A DNA stretch of 64,000 bases, from contig CAKQMV010000008.1 in NCBI GenBank assembly GCA_934255135.1, forward strand, positions 1 to 64,000. Direction: 5' to 3'. Shown one piece after another: positions 8,777 to 18,898 of this stretch. The translations under genes and the position numbers were made by a program. The first letter of the stretch is position 1. Every line of letters begins with the position of its first letter. The DNA comes from an uncultured Clostridia bacterium. Its GTDB lineage: Bacteria > Bacillota > Clostridia > Peptostreptococcales > Anaerovoracaceae. The notes beneath the pieces were generated by a model. The model searched no databases. It had not been told where the DNA came from and saw nothing but the letters and a program-made list of their open reading frames with translations.

Positions 8777-11700
8777 TTATTCCGATCTCAACGCTTCCAC
8801 AGGATCTTTCTTAGCTGCCATCTTTGATGGGATAAGTCCTGCTATGAATGTCAGCAGCACACTTATCGCTATAAGTATGATTCCAGCGATAACTGGGAGC
8901 TTGGCCTTAAGTGCGGCTATTCCGGTAACCTTCAGGAATACTACATTTATAGGTATGAGAAGGAGCAGGGTGATAATAACTCCCATCAATCCTGCACCAA
9001 GCCCAACCACGATGGTCTCTGAGTTAAATACTCTTGAGATATCTTTCTTTGAAGCTCCGATTGCTCTGAGGATTCCAATTTCTTTGGTTCTTTCGAGAAC
9101 TGAGATATATGTGATGATTCCAATCATAATCGAAGATACGATAAGCGAAATCGCTACAAAGGCTATAAGTACATAGCTTACAGCATTTGTAATTGTCTTT
9201 ACAGACTTGATCATAACACCTGTCACATCGGTGTAGCTTATGACACTTTCTTCCTTATCCTGCTTCTTCATGCTGTCATTGTACTTCTCAATGAAGTCAA
9301 GGAACTCTTCTTTGGCCTGGAAGTCCTTCAGGTAGAAGGAAATCGAAGATGGCCTGTCATAATCAGCATAGCCGAGCTTATTAAGGTTAGTATCAAGCGT
9401 TGTCAGAGTGTTTCCTGATGAAAGCGTCTGCACAAGCTGAGTGATATCATCGTCTGACATGTTGAACTTAAAGGCTGATGCTATAGCATTCTGATCAACA
9501 TTGAAGGCTGAAGCCATAGTTTTGGTAACCTCGCCTGTGAGCTTGCCGACATCTGTCAGAATAGTAGCTTTCATTACAACCTCAGTCAGAGTCTGAGCCA
9601 TCTTATCGATGCCAGCTTTGACATCATCATTTCCAAGGTATCCAGCTTCAGCGCTCTTAAGCATATCGCAGGTTACAGTGCCGCCTGTCTGTGATGCAAG
9701 CTGCTTAAGCACAGCACTGTAGCCCGAAACAACGGGATTTAGCATCTGTGAGCACGCATTTGGAGCCACAAGACCGCTGGTCAGCTTGGAGATCCTCTGG
9801 CATGCGGAAGAATACGAGTCAGAAGAGAGCACCTTTGCAGTCGCTTTGTCTATATCATTATCTGTTAGAGTAAAGCTCTCGGAACCGTCTCCAGATGAGG
9901 CAAGTTCAGATGTAATCTGTCCGCAGAGATCTTCAAGGGCACCTGATATTTCCTTCTTGTACGATGTCGTGTCTGCCGTGATGCTTCCTTCAATCTTTGA
10001 AGAATACTTCTTCAGAATGTTACGCATGTCCTGCTCGGAAACCTTGCCGCCAAAAGCACTCGCGAGTTTATTCTCATCTATCGAAATCAAGCTGTCAAAA
10101 CCGAGTGACTCCTGGTTCTCATCCTCCTGCAGAGACTTGAAGGTCTTGCCACTGAAGACGTCGACGTTCTTATTCGCAAGCTGCTTCTTTACAATATCAG
10201 ATTTTGCAGAGCTGTCGATTACGTGGTCAACAAGTGATGGAAGGTAGCCGATTCCCGGATTTACCATGCCGCCAGCGTTATCCTTGTTAGGGTAGGCGAT
10301 GCAGGTAATCTTCATCCTCTCGCCATTTCTTACAAGCTTCTTCATGTATGACTTGTCGTTTTGCTTGCTCTTGAACACGTCGTAGCTGCTGTCATATTCA
10401 TAATAGTCGCACGCATTGACGAGAGAGAACTCAAGCTCGGCAAGATCCTCATACGTCCATTCGAGCGGCTTTCCTGCCTTGAAATCGATGCTTTTGCCCG
10501 ACATGAGATCGGTCATGACCTTAGACATCTCTTCAGGGTCGCGGAGTCCGAGGCTGTAAGCCATATAGTCGTTCATCGAATTCTTGCTGTCGAGCACAAG
10601 AACCATCTCGTTATACTTCTCAGGCCATTTTCCGTAAGCGACAGTGTACTTATCCTTCTCCTGATCCGCATTGTCAGAAAGCTTAAAGAATATGTCACTC
10701 GAGCCACCCATCATCGATCCCATTGAAGAATTCATAAGGAAAGACGGGTTAACCTGAAGCGCGCCGTACTTAGTGCTCGCTGAATAAATCTGCGGAACAA
10801 TGCCGTAGTTATACACTACATCATTAAAATACGAATCTATCTTTTTATTGTTCTTCTCAACATACTTCTTAAATGATGCGAGGTCGTTACTTCCGATATT
10901 CGCAAACATCTGCGCCATCATCTGGTTCTCCTTGACCTTGCCCTTTGAAGCAGACTCATCATCATCCTTGCTCGCTGCAAAAGATGTGAGAAGAGATGAC
11001 ATATCAGCCGTATCCTTCTGTATCACGAAAGGGTACGATGAAAGCGTATCGTTCTCAATCTTATCTATGTAGTTCTGAAATCCCGTGGAAACCGAGAGAA
11101 TCAGGGCGATTCCGATAATTCCGATGCTGCCGGCAAAAGCAGTCAGGATCGTACGCGCCTTCTTCGTCATCAGGTTGTTAAAGGAGAGTCCAAGCGCAGT
11201 GCCAAAACCCATGGATTTATTCTTAAGTCCCGCCTTCCCGTGAATAAGGAATGATTTATCGCCTGTATATGGATTGCTATCTCCAGTAACAAGCCCGTCC
11301 TTAAGCTTGATGATTCTGCTTGAGTAACGCTCTGCAAGCTCAGGATTGTGAGTTACCATAATAACCAGCCTGTCAGATGCGATGGACTTAAGGATATCCA
11401 TTATCTGAACACTCGTCTCGGTGTCAAGGGCTCCGGTTGGTTCATCTGCTAGAAGTATGTCAGGATCGTTAATAAGAGCTCTTGCAATTGCAACTCTCTG
11501 CATCTGACCGCCTGACATCTGAGAAGGTCTCTTGTGAAGCTGATCACCGAGGCCTACCTCTGTAAGCACCTTGATTGCGCGCTCTCGTCTCTCCTCAGCT
11601 GAAACTCCGGAAAGGGTGAGGGCAAGCTCAACATTCGACAGGACGCTCTGATGAGGAATCAGGTTGTAGCTCTGGAAGACAAAGCCTATGGAATTGTTCC

Positions 11701-11941
11701 TGTAGGCATCCCAGTCCGCATCCTTGTAATCCCTGGTGCTCACTCCGTTGATGATAAGGTCACCGCTCGTATAATGATCAAGACCACCCATTATGTTAAG
11801 AAGGGTGGTCTTGCCACATCCAGAGGATCCGAGAATTGAAACAAACTCATGCTCTCTGAAAGCAATGTCCACACCCTTAAGGGCGTGGACACTCTCTCCT
11901 CCGGTCTCATATGTCTTTGTAATGTTTCTTAGTTCTAACAT
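8777..11941 (-). CDS. Fused ABC transporter: MacB-type ATPase plus FtsX-like permease with a very large extracytoplasmic domain
   Basis: 1054 aa. The N-terminus has Walker A GSSGCGKTT, signature SGGQMQR and Walker B ILLADEPT. One TM lies near aa 262-285, followed by about 620 aa of soluble sequence. The C-terminus has an FtsX-type TM bundle. Confidence 0.85.
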   Translation of the reverse strand: MLELRNITKTYETGGESVHALKGVDIAFREHEFVSILGSSGCGKTTLLNIMGGLDHYTSGDLIINGVSTRDYKDADWDAYRNNSIGFVFQSYNLIPHQSVLSNVELALTLSGVSAEERRERAIKVLTEVGLGDQLHKRPSQMSGGQMQRVAIARALINDPDILLADEPTGALDTETSVQIMDILKSIASDRLVIMVTHNPELAERYSSRIIKLKDGLVTGDSNPYTGDKSFLIHGKAGLKNKSMGFGTALGLSFNNLMTKKARTILTAFAGSIGIIGIALILSVSTGFQNYIDKIENDTLSSYPFVIQKDTADMSSLLTSFAASKDDDESASKGKVKENQMMAQMFANIGSNDLASFKKYVEKNNKKIDSYFNDVVYNYGIVPQIYSASTKYGALQVNPSFLMNSSMGSMMGGSSDIFFKLSDNADQEKDKYTVAYGKWPEKYNEMVLVLDSKNSMNDYMAYSLGLRDPEEMSKVMTDLMSGKSIDFKAGKPLEWTYEDLAELEFSLVNACDYYEYDSSYDVFKSKQNDKSYMKKLVRNGERMKITCIAYPNKDNAGGMVNPGIGYLPSLVDHVIDSSAKSDIVKKQLANKNVDVFSGKTFKSLQEDENQESLGFDSLISIDENKLASAFGGKVSEQDMRNILKKYSSKIEGSITADTTSYKKEISGALEDLCGQITSELASSGDGSESFTLTDNDIDKATAKVLSSDSYSSACQRISKLTSGLVAPNACSQMLNPVVSGYSAVLKQLASQTGGTVTCDMLKSAEAGYLGNDDVKAGIDKMAQTLTEVVMKATILTDVGKLTGEVTKTMASAFNVDQNAIASAFKFNMSDDDITQLVQTLSSGNTLTTLDTNLNKLGYADYDRPSSISFYLKDFQAKEEFLDFIEKYNDSMKKQDKEESVISYTDVTGVMIKSVKTITNAVSYVLIAFVAISLIVSSIMIGIITYISVLERTKEIGILRAIGASKKDISRVFNSETIVVGLGAGLMGVIITLLLLIPINVVFLKVTGIAALKAKLPVIAGIILIAISVLLTFIAGLIPSKMAAKKDPVEALRSE

Positions 11942-11965
11942 AGTCGTACCCGTAAAAATTTTAAA

Positions 11966-13717
11966 CTAGAACTTGAATGCTGCGCTGTAGCGCATGAATT
12001 CTCTGTTGAAATGCTCGTCGTGCTTCTCCTTGAGCTCGTGCTGTGTTAGCTCCTGATCGTACTCTGTTTCAAGAATTGCAACACCGATATTGCTGCAGTG
12101 ATCGGCAACTCTCTCATAGTCTGTGATCAGATCATTAAATACGAAGCCGTTCTCAAGTGTGCAGGTGTTGGTCTGAAGACGCATAACGTGATTGTACTTC
12201 ATTGTGTCACACAGATTGTCGATTACTTCCTCAAGCGGCTCGATGTTTCTTGCCATCTCGATATCGTCATTTAAGAAGGCGTCAATCGCAAGATTGATAA
12301 TCTCCTTGATAGCTGACTCAAGAACATGAAGCTCGTGTGTAGCCTCAACAGAGAAAATGATATTCTTATCTGCAATCTCTGTTGCCGACTCTCCAACGTT
12401 GTCCGCGTGATCTGAAATTCTCTCAAGGTCAGAAAGAGTGTGAAGATATCTTGCAACATCCTGTGTCTGCTCTTCATTAAGTGCGGATGCTGTAACCTTC
12501 ATAAGATACTGTCCGAGCTTATCCTCGTACCTGTCGATTACACTCTCAAGCTCAGTAACACGTGCAATCTGCTTAGGTGAATAGTTCTTTCTTACTTCGA
12601 TTGCGTCAAAAATATTCTCTCTTGTCTTATCCGCCATTGATCCGATTACGAGTCTGCTCTGCTCAAGTGCGAGGGCAGGGTGGGCCAAAAATCTTGACTC
12701 AAGTCTCTCGAAATCCGCCTGCTCGGCAAGTGCTGTCGGATCATCCGGGAACATTCTTGCAACAAGCTTATCTAGAAGTCCAATGAACGGTGTCAGAATT
12801 ACGATTGTAACAAATCTGTAGGCAGTGTTAACAAATGCAATGCCTACCATATCCATTGTTCTGTCAACAAAGCTGAAATCTACAAATGCGCTTACTGTAT
12901 AGAAAATGCCTCCGCAGATAACCGCTCCGAGTGCATCGATAAGCAGGTATACAAAGGCAGTCTTTCTCGCATTAAGATTTGCTCCGAGTGCTGAAAGGAG
13001 TACAGGAACAGAAGCTCCGATACCGATACCGAGAAGTACAGGGAATGCAATATTAAATGTGATTGCTCCAGTAACTGCAAGAGCCTGCAGGATACCTACA
13101 GCTGCACTCGCACTCTGAAGAATTGCAGTAAATGCAAGTCCTACAAGAATTCCTACAAAAGGATTAGAGAACTTAGTCAGAAGACCGATAAACTCCGGAC
13201 TCTCCTTAAGTGGTGATACTGCACTTGACATTGCAGTCATTCCGTACATAAGTACTGCAAATCCAAGTAGAATCTCTCCAACATACTTGGTTGAAACCTT
13301 CTTCGCTGCCATTCTCATAACGATACCGATCACGGCAAGCACACCTGTAAGTACAGCTGTGCTGAACAGTGCTGCGATGCTCGCACCAGATCCGGAAAGA
13401 TTGTTCAGACAGAGAATCCATCCTGTGATTGATGTTCCGAAGATAGCTCCCATTATGATACCGATGGCCTGCTTAACCTTCATCATTCCAGAGTTAACAA
13501 AACCAACTACCATAACTGAAGTCGCTGAAGAAGACTGGATAACGGCTGTAACACCAGTACCCAGAAGAATACCCTTGATTGGAGTGCTTGAGAGCTTGTA
13601 TAGAATAACTTCAAGCTTGTTTCCTGCAACCTTCTTAAGAGAATCACCCATTACTGACATTCCGAACAGGAACAGAGCAACTCCTCCAAGAAGGGAAACA
13701 ATATTAGTAAAATCCAT
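11966..13717 (-). CDS. Na/Pi cotransporter family protein with C-terminal PhoU-like domain
   Basis: Typical N-terminus MDFTNIVSLLGGVALFLFGMSVMG and a C-terminal PhoU-like helical repeat. The start was moved to the internal ATG (13717, RBS AGAGG); the ORF track extends to 13804. Confidence 0.8.
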   Translation of the reverse strand: MDFTNIVSLLGGVALFLFGMSVMGDSLKKVAGNKLEVILYKLSSTPIKGILLGTGVTAVIQSSSATSVMVVGFVNSGMMKVKQAIGIIMGAIFGTSITGWILCLNNLSGSGASIAALFSTAVLTGVLAVIGIVMRMAAKKVSTKYVGEILLGFAVLMYGMTAMSSAVSPLKESPEFIGLLTKFSNPFVGILVGLAFTAILQSASAAVGILQALAVTGAITFNIAFPVLLGIGIGASVPVLLSALGANLNARKTAFVYLLIDALGAVICGGIFYTVSAFVDFSFVDRTMDMVGIAFVNTAYRFVTIVILTPFIGLLDKLVARMFPDDPTALAEQADFERLESRFLAHPALALEQSRLVIGSMADKTRENIFDAIEVRKNYSPKQIARVTELESVIDRYEDKLGQYLMKVTASALNEEQTQDVARYLHTLSDLERISDHADNVGESATEIADKNIIFSVEATHELHVLESAIKEIINLAIDAFLNDDIEMARNIEPLEEVIDNLCDTMKYNHVMRLQTNTCTLENGFVFNDLITDYERVADHCSNIGVAILETEYDQELTQHELKEKHDEHFNREFMRYSAAFKF

Positions 13718-13811
13718 TTCCGTGTAACCTCTGCTTTGTAGAATTAATAACAGAATTATTCTTACAATAAGAAAGCATGCCGCAATAAGCGACATGCTCT
13801 TCAATAGTTAA

Positions 13812-14222
13812 TTACTCAACGTTAACCTTGTCCCAGGTCTTGATAATCTTATCAAGTGACTTCTTGTCAGTTCCGTTCTTCTTAAGCTGCTTGATGAACA
13901 TGTCTCTTGGCATTCCCATCTTCTTATAAGCAGTAACGAACTTCTTCTGCCAGTCGTTCATGTAGTAGAAGATTCCGCATGCGTATGCAACGATAAGAAT
14001 CAGTGAAACGAAAATACACTTCCAGCTGATTGCAAAACATGCTGCGAATGAAAGAACTACCCATACAACAAGAAGGATTCTGCTAACCTTAGTCAGCTTA
14101 GCGTAATCGATTGGCTTAGGAATCTCAATGTTCTGTGCCTTCATCTGCTGCTTCTGTAGATTCTTCTGATAACCACCTGAAGGTCTGTTGTACATCGGTG
14201 GTCTCTGCTTACCCTTACCCAT
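13812..14222 (-). CDS. Small hypothetical membrane protein (2 TM, basic N-terminus)
   Basis: 136-aa ORF with two hydrophobic helices. No family was recognised. Confidence 0.5.
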   Translation of the reverse strand: MGKGKQRPPMYNRPSGGYQKNLQKQQMKAQNIEIPKPIDYAKLTKVSRILLVVWVVLSFAACFAISWKCIFVSLILIVAYACGIFYYMNDWQKKFVTAYKKMGMPRDMFIKQLKKNGTDKKSLDKIIKTWDKVNVE

Positions 14223-14327
14223 AAATAATTTCCTCTTTCTATAATAAATTTAAATTGTTTACAAAAAATTCCATCTAATTATAACATTAGTTATGGTGGT
14301 TGTGTAGATGATTTTGTACTTTTTAAT

Positions 14328-14358
14328 TGGATAAATATTACCTATTTAATGGTATAAT
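14328..14358 (+). promoter_or_regulatory. Candidate extended -10 promoter for tex
   Basis: TGgTATAAT with the TATAAT hexamer at 14353-14358, and a weak -35 (TTGGAT at 14328-14333). Confidence 0.4.
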
Positions 14359-14403
14359 TATGCAACTAAATGTAATGTTTTAAGGAGAGAGTTTTAACTT
14401 ATA

Positions 14404-16581
14404 ATGGAAATTAATAAACTGCTTGCAGCAGAGCTTGGACTTAAGGAGTCACAGGTTCAGAAGACAATTGAACTTATAGATGAAGGAAACACAATTCCTT
14501 TTATTTCAAGATACAGAAAGGAAGTAACAGGCGGCCTTTCAGACGAGGTTCTAAGAGCCCTCGATGAGAGACTTACATACCTTCGCAATCTCGAGGAGAG
14601 AAAGGCTGAGGTAATAAGACTTATCGATGAGCAGGGCAAGCTTACCTCAGAGCTTAGAGATGCTATCGAGCAGGCTGATGTTCTTCAGAGAGTTGAGGAT
14701 ATCTACAAGCCTTTCAAGAAGAAGAGAGCAACACGTGCATCTAAGGCAAGGGAGAGAGGCCTTGAACCTCTGGCAATGACTATCCTTGAGCAGAAGCTTG
14801 AGAGCGGATCACCTGAGGATGCAGCAGCTCCATATATAGATAAAGAGAAGGAAGTACCTGATGCGGCTACAGCTATAGCAGGTGCATGCGATATCATCGC
14901 TGAGATGATAAGTGATGATGCGGACCTTATCGGAGATATCAGAGAGGCGACATCTAAGAATTCAAACCTTATCACAGCAGCAACAGATCCATCAGCAGAG
15001 TCTCCATATGAGATGTATTACGACTCGCAGGAGGGCGTATCTAAGATTCCTAACCACAGAGTTCTGGCAATAAACAGAGCTGAGAAGGAGAAGTTTATCA
15101 CAGTTAAGCTTGTTACTGACGAAGAGGCAATGCACAGAAGAATGGGCAAGCGTTATGTAACTAATAAGAGAAGCATCTTTAATGGTCTTATGGAGAGCAC
15201 TATCGATGATTCTTATAAGAGACTTATCTTCCCTTCAATAGACAGAGAGATTCGCGGAATGCTTACGGAGCGCGCCGAAGAGGAAGCTATTAAGGTTTTT
15301 GCATCCAACACAAGAAGTCTTCTGATGGTGCCACCTGTTAAGGGGGCAAGAATCATCAGTATCGACCCTGGATACAGAACCGGCTGCAAGGTTGCAGTTC
15401 TTAACGAATACGGCAAGCTGCTTGCTTATACAACAATTTATCCTACTGCACCTAAGAACGATGTCGAGGGTACTGAGAGGGTTCTGACTAAGCTTGCGGA
15501 CAAGTACAAGATAAACACTATCGTTGTCGGAAACGGCACAGCTTCAAGAGAGACCGAGGAGGTCGTTGCAGGCTGGATCAGAAAATCGGGCAAGGATATC
15601 AGATACACAATCGTTAACGAGGCGGGCGCATCTGTATATTCTGCTTCGAAGCTTGCAAGTGAGGAATATCCGGACCTTGATGTAACAACAAGGGGTGCGA
15701 TGTCTCTTGGAAGAAGACTTCAGGATCCACTGGCAGAGCTTGTCAAGATTGATCCTAAGAGTATCGGCGTTGGTCAGTACCAGCACGATATGAACCAGAC
15801 GAAGCTTAATCAGGCACTAGGCAATGTCGTAGAGGACTGCGTTAACAGCGTAGGAGTGGACCTGAACACCGCGAGCGCATCGCTTTTGGCCTACGTTTCT
15901 GGAATAAGCCAGGCGGTAGCGAAGAACATCGTCGCATACAGAGAAGAGAATGGCGTGTTCACAAGCAGGAAGGAGCTTCTTAAGGTATCGAAGCTCGGAC
16001 CTAAGGCATTTACTCAGTGTGCAGGATTTCTGAGAATCAGCGGTGGCACGAATCCGCTCGATGCGACTTCCGTTCACCCTGAGTCATACGACATCGCAGC
16101 TGCAATTCTTAAGAAGGCAGGACTTAGCCTTTCAGAGATCGGCGGCGGAGTTACAGATATTGAAGAGAAGCTGGCTGCTTCGATGGGCGGCAAGCTTAAT
16201 ATAAAGAAGCTTTCTGAAGAGCTGGGAGTCGGTGCGATGACTCTTTCCGATATTATCTCGGAGATCAGAAAGCCTGCTAGAGACCCAAGAGAAGACGCTC
16301 CGGCAGTAGTCTTCCGTAATGATGTAAGAAGCTTTGATGACCTCGAGGAGGGAATGGAGCTTACAGGAACGGTTCGTAATGTAGTAGACTTCGGAGCTTT
16401 TGTCGATATCGGAGTTAAGAACGACGGACTGGTTCACATTTCACAGATTTCAGACAGATACATCAAGCATCCGATGGATGCGGTTTCTGTTGGAGATACC
16501 GTTAATGTTAAGATCATTTCTATAGATAGAGCAAAACAGAGAGTTGGACTCACGATGAAAGGAATGAAGAACAGGAGGTAA
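14404..16581 (+). CDS. tex: Transcription accessory protein Tex (S1 RNA-binding domain)
   Basis: 725 aa. The N-terminus TIPFISRYRKE, the YqgF/HhH regions and the C-terminal S1 domain (GTVRNVVDFGAFVDIG) match Tex. Confidence 0.92.
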   Translation: MEINKLLAAELGLKESQVQKTIELIDEGNTIPFISRYRKEVTGGLSDEVLRALDERLTYLRNLEERKAEVIRLIDEQGKLTSELRDAIEQADVLQRVEDIYKPFKKKRATRASKARERGLEPLAMTILEQKLESGSPEDAAAPYIDKEKEVPDAATAIAGACDIIAEMISDDADLIGDIREATSKNSNLITAATDPSAESPYEMYYDSQEGVSKIPNHRVLAINRAEKEKFITVKLVTDEEAMHRRMGKRYVTNKRSIFNGLMESTIDDSYKRLIFPSIDREIRGMLTERAEEEAIKVFASNTRSLLMVPPVKGARIISIDPGYRTGCKVAVLNEYGKLLAYTTIYPTAPKNDVEGTERVLTKLADKYKINTIVVGNGTASRETEEVVAGWIRKSGKDIRYTIVNEAGASVYSASKLASEEYPDLDVTTRGAMSLGRRLQDPLAELVKIDPKSIGVGQYQHDMNQTKLNQALGNVVEDCVNSVGVDLNTASASLLAYVSGISQAVAKNIVAYREENGVFTSRKELLKVSKLGPKAFTQCAGFLRISGGTNPLDATSVHPESYDIAAAILKKAGLSLSEIGGGVTDIEEKLAASMGGKLNIKKLSEELGVGAMTLSDIISEIRKPARDPREDAPAVVFRNDVRSFDDLEEGMELTGTVRNVVDFGAFVDIGVKNDGLVHISQISDRYIKHPMDAVSVGDTVNVKIISIDRAKQRVGLTMKGMKNRR

Positions 16582-16584
16582 GCT

Positions 16585-17727
16585 ATGGGACTTATTAAAG
16601 CAGTAGTTGCAGCAGGCGGAAGCGTGCTCGCGGATCAATGGAAGGAGCTGTTCTATACAGATTCACTCGACAAGGACACTCTGATGGTAAGAGGTAAGAA
16701 GAAGACAAGCGGTAAGTCTTCAAACCACGGTAATGACAATATCATTACTAACGGTTCAGGCCTCCTCGTTAACGATGGTCAGTGCGCTATCATCGTAGAT
16801 CAGGGTGAGATTGCAGAGGTTTGTGCAGAGCCTGGCTACTACACTTATGACCAGTCAACAGAGCCTACAATTTTCAACGGCGATCTTGGCAAGGGCATTA
16901 AGGACTCATTTGAGAGATTCAAGGTTCGTTTCACTTATGGTGGCGATACTGGTAAGGATCAGAGAATTTATTTCTTCAACACTAAGGAAATTATCGACAA
17001 TAAGTTCGGAACCCCTAATCCTATCATGTACAGGGTTGTGGACAATTCAATCGGACTTGATATTGATGCATCATTAAAGTGCAGCGGTGTCTATTCATTT
17101 AAGATTGCAGACCCTATTATTTTCTATAAGAACGTAGTGGGTAATGTGACTTCTGAGTACACCAAGGAGGAGATTGAAGAGCAGCTTAAGGCAGAGTTCA
17201 TTCAGTCACTTTCACCTGCAATTTCAAGACTGAGCACACTTGAGCTCAGACCAAGCGAGCTTCCAGGACACGTTAAGGAGCTTGCAGATTACTTAAACGA
17301 GGATCTTTCAACTCTATGGGGAGAGAACAGAGGTCTTAAGGTTCAGAACGTTGCCATCAGCACTCTCACAGTACCTGAAGATATTCAGGAGGAGATCCGT
17401 GCTGCTCAGAAGGCAAAGCTCAATCGTACTGCTGGAATGGCAGCTGCTCAGACAGCTGCGGCTTACCAGGATGCTATGAGAGGCGCAGCAACAAACGAAG
17501 GTGGAGCTGCGGGTGCTTTTGTTGGCATGGGTATGGCTCAGGGAATGGGCGGACAGGCTACAGCTAATTTGTTTGAGATGGCACAGAATGAGCAGGGTGC
17601 TACTGGTGCAGCACCTGCAGATGCTGGAGCTGCCGCAGCAGGCGAGACTCCTAAGTTCTGTCCTGAGTGCGGAACTAAGCTGACACCTGGAACTAAGTTC
17701 TGTCCTGAGTGTGGCAAGAAGCTTTAA
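16585..17727 (+). CDS. SPFH/band-7-like protein (COG4260, YdjI-like) with C-terminal double zinc ribbon
   Basis: The N-terminus MGLIKAVVAAGGSVLADQWKELFY is typical of YdjI-like proteins. An Ala/Gly/Met-rich linker follows. The C-terminus carries FCPECG twice. Confidence 0.75.
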   Translation: MGLIKAVVAAGGSVLADQWKELFYTDSLDKDTLMVRGKKKTSGKSSNHGNDNIITNGSGLLVNDGQCAIIVDQGEIAEVCAEPGYYTYDQSTEPTIFNGDLGKGIKDSFERFKVRFTYGGDTGKDQRIYFFNTKEIIDNKFGTPNPIMYRVVDNSIGLDIDASLKCSGVYSFKIADPIIFYKNVVGNVTSEYTKEEIEEQLKAEFIQSLSPAISRLSTLELRPSELPGHVKELADYLNEDLSTLWGENRGLKVQNVAISTLTVPEDIQEEIRAAQKAKLNRTAGMAAAQTAAAYQDAMRGAATNEGGAAGAFVGMGMAQGMGGQATANLFEMAQNEQGATGAAPADAGAAAAGETPKFCPECGTKLTPGTKFCPECGKKL

Positions 17728-17743
17728 TAATATGTAATTTCAG

Positions 17744-17780
17744 ACGCGAAGCCGGGACTGTGGCTTCGCGTGCTTTATAT
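17744..17780 (+). terminator. Hairpin / possible partial terminator
   Basis: acgcgaagcc-N8-ggcttcgcgt forms a 10-bp stem, but the downstream U-tract is weak. Confidence 0.4.
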
Positions 17781-17798
17781 TAAGAAGGGGGAGAGAAT

Positions 17799-18884
17799 AT
17801 GGCTGATTTATTGGAGTATAAATGCCCGAGCTGTGGAGGTACACTTAAGTTCGATGCCGGAACGCAGGAAATGAAGTGTCCTTACTGCGGATCAACCATA
17901 AATGTTGAGACGCTCGCTTCCATGGATGAGAATCTCGGAGTTAAAGAAGATTCTTTTGACTGGGTAAAGATGGCAGATAATCAGTGGGAGGAAGGCGAGG
18001 CAGATGCCATGAAGGTATATGTCTGCAATTCCTGCGGAGGAGAGATTGTCTGCGACGGAAGCGTTGCCGCAACCAAGTGTCCTTACTGCGACAGCCCTGT
18101 AGTAATGCAGGGAAATCTGGAGGGTAACCTGAAGCCTGATCTGGTGGTTCCTTTTAAGATAACCAAGAAGGAGGCTAAGGAACGCTATCTTAAACACCTT
18201 GAGGGCAAGATGTTCCTGCCTAAGGTCTTTAAGGATGAGAATCACATAGATGAGATGAAGTCCATTTATGTGCCTTTCTGGCTATTTGATTGTGACACTG
18301 ACGCATCGGCAACATACAGAGCCACTAAGACACAGATGTGGTCTGATAGTGATAATGATTATTTAAAGACTGACTATTACAAGGTTATCCGTGAAGGAAC
18401 TATGGAATTTGAGAATATTCCTGTTGACGGGTCTCTTGCTATGCCTGATGATCTGATGCAGTCAATCGAGCCGTATAAGATGGCTGAGGCTGTGGATTTT
18501 CAGACTGCATATCTATCAGGATATCTTGCTGAGAAGTACACGGTTACAGCTAAGGATTCAATAGATATAGCTAACGAGAGAGTAAGAAACAGTACTATTG
18601 ATGCTTTTCGTAAGACTGTTAAGGGTTATGTTTCTGTGGACAATACAAGCGTAAATGTAACCGTTAACAATGGAAGCTGCCGGTACGGATTACTCCCTGT
18701 ATGGATTATGAATACAACTTACAACAACGGGAAATATATTTTTGCCATTAACGGACAGACTGGAAAGACTGTAGGTAACCTGCCAATCGATAAGAAAGCG
18801 GCGAGAAGATATATGCTTAAGATTTCGGCGATTGCTACAGCTGTTGTTGCGGCTGCTGAATACATATTCCTGTTTGTATTATAG
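17799..18884 (+). CDS. Zinc-ribbon membrane-anchored protein (YdjG-like)
   Basis: Two N-terminal CxxC...CxxC ribbons (CPSCGG...CPYCGS and CNSCGG...CPYCDS) and a C-terminal TM helix. Confidence 0.65.
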   Translation: MADLLEYKCPSCGGTLKFDAGTQEMKCPYCGSTINVETLASMDENLGVKEDSFDWVKMADNQWEEGEADAMKVYVCNSCGGEIVCDGSVAATKCPYCDSPVVMQGNLEGNLKPDLVVPFKITKKEAKERYLKHLEGKMFLPKVFKDENHIDEMKSIYVPFWLFDCDTDASATYRATKTQMWSDSDNDYLKTDYYKVIREGTMEFENIPVDGSLAMPDDLMQSIEPYKMAEAVDFQTAYLSGYLAEKYTVTAKDSIDIANERVRNSTIDAFRKTVKGYVSVDNTSVNVTVNNGSCRYGLLPVWIMNTTYNNGKYIFAINGQTGKTVGNLPIDKKAARRYMLKISAIATAVVAAAEYIFLFVL

Positions 18885-18898
18885 AGAGGAGACAAGAC

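Noticed and set aside
13718-13804. A 29-aa N-terminal extension of the Na/Pi cotransporter ORF
   Set aside because: The internal Met (MDFTNIVSLLGG) matches the family N-terminus and has an RBS. The extension would leave only 7 nt to the upstream gene stop and adds an atypical hydrophobic segment. This call is uncertain.
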